This document shows positions 32,390-37,065 of a DNA stretch of 37,065 bases, piece by piece. A program made the position numbers and the translations under genes. Position 1 is the stretch's first letter, and every line of letters begins with the position of its first letter. The notes under the pieces are model-generated. The model saw nothing but the letters and a program-made list of their open reading frames with translations, ran no database searches and had not been told where the DNA came from. The DNA is taken from NCBI GenBank assembly GCA_010909165.1, contig VJWM01000364.1:1-37065 (forward strand). The letters run 5' to 3'. Source of the stretch: Anthoceros angustus (taxonomy: Eukaryota; Plantae; Anthocerotophyta).

Positions 32390-34230
32390 TGTGGAGCATC
32401 GAAAGTTTGGGCAACACATCGCTCCAAACGAGCTGCAGGATGAGGCGACCATTTTTCTTAATAAAACACCTGAAAGAGGGACATGTTGGGGAATTCTTCC
32501 GAGAAGCTGGGAGTCAGGAAAGTTGTAGGATATTGTTAGAAGGCGGAGAGGATATCCTGTAGTGAAAAGAAGCGGGTCAAAATGACCCCGACGAGGGGAC
32601 GGTGCAGGCGGCCCGAGAAAGTGACTGATGAGGTCGCCACACTGCGCCTGTGAGGGTCGAGCAAAAGAGTAGACTTCACCGCAAAGAGGCTAGCTGCATT
32701 ACTGGGTAGGTCAGACGGCGAGAACCTGGCCGATAAGCGGAAATTAGAATAAAGGGATATCCACTATATGCCTACCAATGGGGGAAATGAATACAACAGA
32801 CCAATTACCTAGAAGGTCAGCTTAGTTAAGGGGTAGCGACAGGACAGGGATGGCCGAATAGGGCCAGAGATTAGGTATTTTAGAATGATCAACCCAATCC
32901 CCTAGGGGTTGTGAAGCCTCCAGTGAAGGTCTCATCCAAGGAGGGCAAAGTGCGCTTTTGAAGCGCCTAACTTTCTCTTCGAGGCCGAGTCTACACTGCG
33001 TGAAGGATCGTGACTAGAGGCTGGAGAGTAATGCGCGGCGATATGGGAAAAGGAGTGGGCTGACATCGCCATCGCCTTATCATTGCAACGCTGTGCCGCA
33101 ACTCGCGTAACGAGGAAGACGAGGCACAGTATGGTCGAGAAAAGAGAAAGCCCTAACTTTGAAAGCGTATGAGGCGGAAGAGGAAGGCATCCAACATCCC
33201 GGATTGTGGGAAGTTTTTCGGAGTTCGCAATCAGGCTGGCAAGGAGCGCGCATGGCCGGAGTGCTGGAAGCAGAGCTCAAGACGGGAGGCACTGCTGATA
33301 ATCGTGCGTGAGGACTGGAGGTCGAAGAGTGAAGGAGCCCTACTCATGTTTGCTGCATCGCGGCGCCTTGCCCGGGAGGAGAAATTTAGAGGGAATTATG
33401 TGCAATGAGGGCCTCAAGCTGTGGCTAATGTGCTATCAGGCTCTCAAAGTTGGATGTCAAGCATGTTGACAAGGAAGGGGAGTGTTTAGGGTAGGAAGCT
33501 TTGGAGCCCTCAACGCTTGGAATTGGGAGTAATTTTCTTCCTTAGAAGCGCTTGAGAGTGAAAGGCGCCATGCCTCCCGAAGCCGGAAAAGGCAAGGGAA
33601 GGAACCACACATGGTTCCTTCCTCACGTAGGAGGAAAAGGAAAGAAGGCAAGCAGCTGAGGTCAAGGCCGCCAAGGAGGGGTGAGAAGTCGAGATGCCCT
33701 AATTCACTTGTTTGCCATGGGCAGCTCAACCTCAAGGGATTTGGTCGATTACCGGCAAGAATGGGCGTAAGAAGACAAGCTGACGTCCACTGGGATGGGT
33801 GTATGGCCGCCAATGGGCCCTACACTCAATTTGAGTTGATTGAGGAGTGTTACATCAACTCCATCAATCTGGCAGCGTGACCTTGTCAGCAGCTAGAGAG
33901 GGAATGTCGACCGATCCACTGCATTTGGACGGTCCAGGGCACTGGCCAAGTGTATGGAAGGGCCTAGGAGGAGGCTAATTGCTCTACCCGAGAGGACAAA
34001 TGGAGGGAAGAGGATTGCCCTCCTCGGGAGATTCCTACAGAGGTCCTCGGCAGATGGATGGAGGAGTGAAGGCCCATGCCAAGAATGGATGGAAGACTAT
34101 AGTATCAAGGAGCTGAAATGGAGGCTCTTTGCAAAGATTGTGTTAACAGAATCATCACCAGCGGATTTACTTGCTGTGGTACCAACTTCCACCGCAATTT
34201 TCGGAAGATTTCAGAGGTTGCCGCATTGGG
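32390..34230 (+). mobile_element. 5' portion of another LTR-B-type LTR, truncated at ~34230
   Basis: Starts tgtggagcatcgaaagtttgggcaac. 32490-33000 is homologous to the reverse complement of ~19900-20360 (gttgtaggatattgttagaag; gggatatccactatatg; ggagggcaaagtgc). Confidence 0.75.
33169..34230 (+). pseudogene. 5' half of the LTR-borne gene (variant B, second copy)
   Basis: MRRKRKASNIPD..., then WVYGRQWA, ELIEECYIN and SIKELKWRLFAKIVL in shifting frames. Confidence 0.7.
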
Positions 34231-34379
34231 ACAATTTAACTTCATAATCCTCGGCCACAATCATGCCTCACACTTGCTTTTTGTAAGCATCTCGCCCAAG
34301 GCTCACCAGTCTTGGCATGGAGAGCCCGATCTCAATCCTCTCATTCAGGTTGGCGGATCAATCTCTTGTAGGGCATAAT

Positions 34380-36717
34380 CGGCCCGAAATCTACGCTCCC
34401 TCACGCCAACATATGCTATCTTTGCACCTCATAGGCCTTTCTCCTTTGCCATTTCTTCCTCCAACTCCCCTATCCTCCTAGGGAGTTGTGCATTCTCCGT
34501 TCTTTGGACTTCTCGTTCCATTTCCAATCTTTGGACAAAATGTGTCCGTTCTTCCAGCTCTTCTTCCCAATTGCCTCCATGGTTTCTCCCGCTCCTTTTC
34601 CATGTCACTAATCTTCACTGTGTGGCTATGACCGCTCATGTCGCCTACTTGCCTTTGTCTTTGTCCTCATTTCTAGATTGCTCTCGTCTTGACCTTTCCT
34701 CCATTAGCAGCACTTGCTTGTCTTACGCCTTCTTTTCCCATGTGCGCACCATGTGAGCAAGTTGCTCCACCTTCTCCTCTCGAGCTGCCAATTGCTTGGT
34801 AAGAGCCTTGTTCTCCGAATATGATGGTTTGTTTCCTGTTGCCTTGTTTCTCAAGACTCTTTTCCAAGTGCTCCACTTGAGCTTCCATCCTCATAACATC
34901 CTCCTCCTGCCTGGGTTTCCGCCTACACCGCAATTTCCCTTGCTTGGTAGGTCCTTGTCTTTTCTCTCCGTCTTCAAGAATTCAACTCTCCTCTTGGCGG
35001 CTCCTATCTACCTTCTGAACATCTCCCCTATCGCGGCATCTCCTCCAACATGTCTAAGTCTCCTTTCTTACCTCAGGGACTCAAGGCCTTTGCCTTGCTC
35101 ATGGGATCTTACATCCCTTGCTTCCCTATGATGAGCTCCCGCTCATCACTTGGTGGGCAACTCCTCCCACCGTGACTCCATCCTCGCCCACCTAGCAGGG
35201 CGGTTGCCTTCTTATCTCCCCTTGGGAGCTTCCAAACCGTGACTTCCTTTCCTCCTACCGTGGTAGGAGGTGCTCCGTGGGACTACTTCCCTACCGTGGT
35301 AGGACTAATTCTGCCCGTAGGCCTTGTCATGAGGGACGAAGGGGTCCCAAACCCTGGGAACACCTCCCACCCTCGCGGGATTCGCCATGGTAGGATCTAT
35401 CCTACCTTCCATCTCCGCATCCTCCATGGTCCAAACTTCAAATCCCCTACAACTTCTCCTTGCAAGTCCTCCGCATCCTCGGCCTATCTTTGGAGGATTC
35501 CTTCCGGCAATAATGTCCGGTGGTCTTCGGCACCTCCTTTTCGCAAAGCACCAAGCACTCCTGTCCCTCTCACAGGCAAGTACACAATGTTAAAGGGATG
35601 CTTGGAATCATCCAACTCCTTACTTGTGAGTAGCCCTCTACTTCCCACAAATGCACTAGATAAGTGCTAAGATAGCATGACCTTGGGTGTCTTCATCCGA
35701 GCGTTGGGTTTGACAACTTCTCCGGTGGTAGGTGTATGCTTCATACATGATGAGCCCCAATCCGGCTCGAGTGATCTTCCATAGAAAATGGAGGAAGGTA
35801 GTGCTGAAATATGACACCCTTGGATTGCTCACCAAGCCCAAAACAATTCTTGTGAACAATCTCCACTTGGGCTCCAAGATTTGGTCCGTCCAACCGTTCT
35901 TGGACTTAGCCTTCATGCCTTGCATAAGTGTAAGGGCTCCCTTGGGAAGATCCGCCGTTGATGCTTGCCTCACTCGTTCCTTCCATCAAGCGTGATTCCG
36001 CTATCTCCTCTATCCGGCTGCCATATACAGCGTATGCTCCATCCAACACCGTGGATCCGTCTCGTTTCCTATCCGGTAAGGCGGCCAATTCCTCTTCTCT
36101 GCAAATTAAAACACTCCTCTATCAATTCAAGGTTGGTGTAAGACCAATGTCGCCCATACACCCACTCTAGCTGAATATTCTCCTCACTGCCCAAGGTCGA
36201 AAGTCGAAAGGTCTCTAGAGGATAGCTGGCCTGCGTAAATAAGGGCATGTCAAATTTCCACCCTCGGTCGATCCTCCTTAGACCTCTTGCAGCTCCTGCG
36301 CCACCTCCCTTGGTGGACGCTCCTTCCTTAGCTACTACCTCCTTGCCCTTGGTCATGGTAGGCTTGGTCATGGCCTCCTTGGTTAGTACTTGCACGAAAT
36401 TGAAGAAAAGTGATGCCTCTCACCGCAATTCCTGCGGACTGCCGACTTCTTATCCTTGCAAGCGTTTCTCCTCCTCGGTGATTTGCTCTTGCTCACAGCT
36501 CAAAGGTCCTTGCCCTTGCTCTCCTCCTGCAGTCCTTACACCTTGGCGTCCCCGAAACCCCGATTTCTCCTGCAGAAAGCTCACCAAAATTCCCCGGACT
36601 CTTACACCGCCAATTTAGGAGCCCTTACGACGGGCTTTTCACTCTGGGAGCCTTTTCCTTCACGTCCGAGCTTGTCGATCGTGCATCTGGGGCGTTTAGG
36701 CGAGATTTTTTCCTCAT
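34380..36717 (-). pseudogene. Diverged homolog of the LTR-borne gene (variant C), frameshifted
   Basis: MRKKSRLNAPD at 36717; KFDMPLF...EWVYGRHWSYTNLELIEECFNL; MQGMKAKSKNGW..KWRLFTRIVLGLVSNPRVSYFSTTFLHFLWKI..IMYEAY; coiled coil EEDVMRMEAQVEHLEKSLEK. Its LTR termini are not visible in the window and the 3' end is approximate. Confidence 0.7.
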
Positions 36718-37065
36718 ACGCTTTGGGCGATTAAGACCCGGCCGGTGCCGTTGAGCCCACCACAATGTTCAAGAAGCCCATGGCCTTTATTATCTCGATC
36801 GATTCCGCCATGGGAATCTTCATATCCACACGCAGCCGGCACATACCGTTAGGCAGGGGAACTACGGTGCAGAGCTTCGGCTTGGGGAGCTGGACGATCT
36901 TCGCCATGCGTTTTCTCGATCCTAGAAGCCCCTGAACGCCCGGGGCGAATAACCCCCGACGGGCAGGCCAGCGATCAAAAACGGCTCGTTTCTTCGCTGC
37001 GCCGTCCAATTCCATTGAGACCCAGGACAATTGCTTGCCCGGCCACTACGTCTGCCAAAAAGCGA

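Overview
This window looks like plant nuclear DNA made almost entirely of nested LTR retroelements. No intact host gene, rRNA, tRNA or CRISPR array was found, and nearly all ORF-track entries are antisense or frameshift fragments of decayed element genes. (1) A minus-strand element with an Athila-type tRNA-Asp PBS has a very long LTR ('LTR-A', 2736-~6495, ~3.76 kb; LTR termini TGTGG...CCACA) and only ~1.35 kb of decayed internal sequence. (2) A near-identical 6.65-kb tandem duplication (1021-7670 / 7671-14312) copies most of it. (3) A plus-strand solo LTR-A (14097-22926, perfect CAAGG target-site duplication) carries a nested ~4.95-kb solo LTR of a sister family ('LTR-B', 15491-~20441). (4) A frameshifted Ty1/Copia element with ~140-bp LTRs lies at 26296-32276 (minus). 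(5) Two more copies of the LTR-B-type gene lie at 33169-36717. The most notable observation is that these giant LTRs carry a long protein-coding gene inside the LTR itself, in U3 upstream of a candidate LTR TATA box. By eye it has a basic N-terminus, a conserved core resembling the Athila extra-ORF/Transposase_32 family, and a coiled-coil C-terminus. It occurs in three diverged variants alongside recurrent CCTAC...GTAGG palindromes, so even solo LTRs carry the gene. Many indels may be long-read consensus noise rather than decay; all homology calls are by eye.
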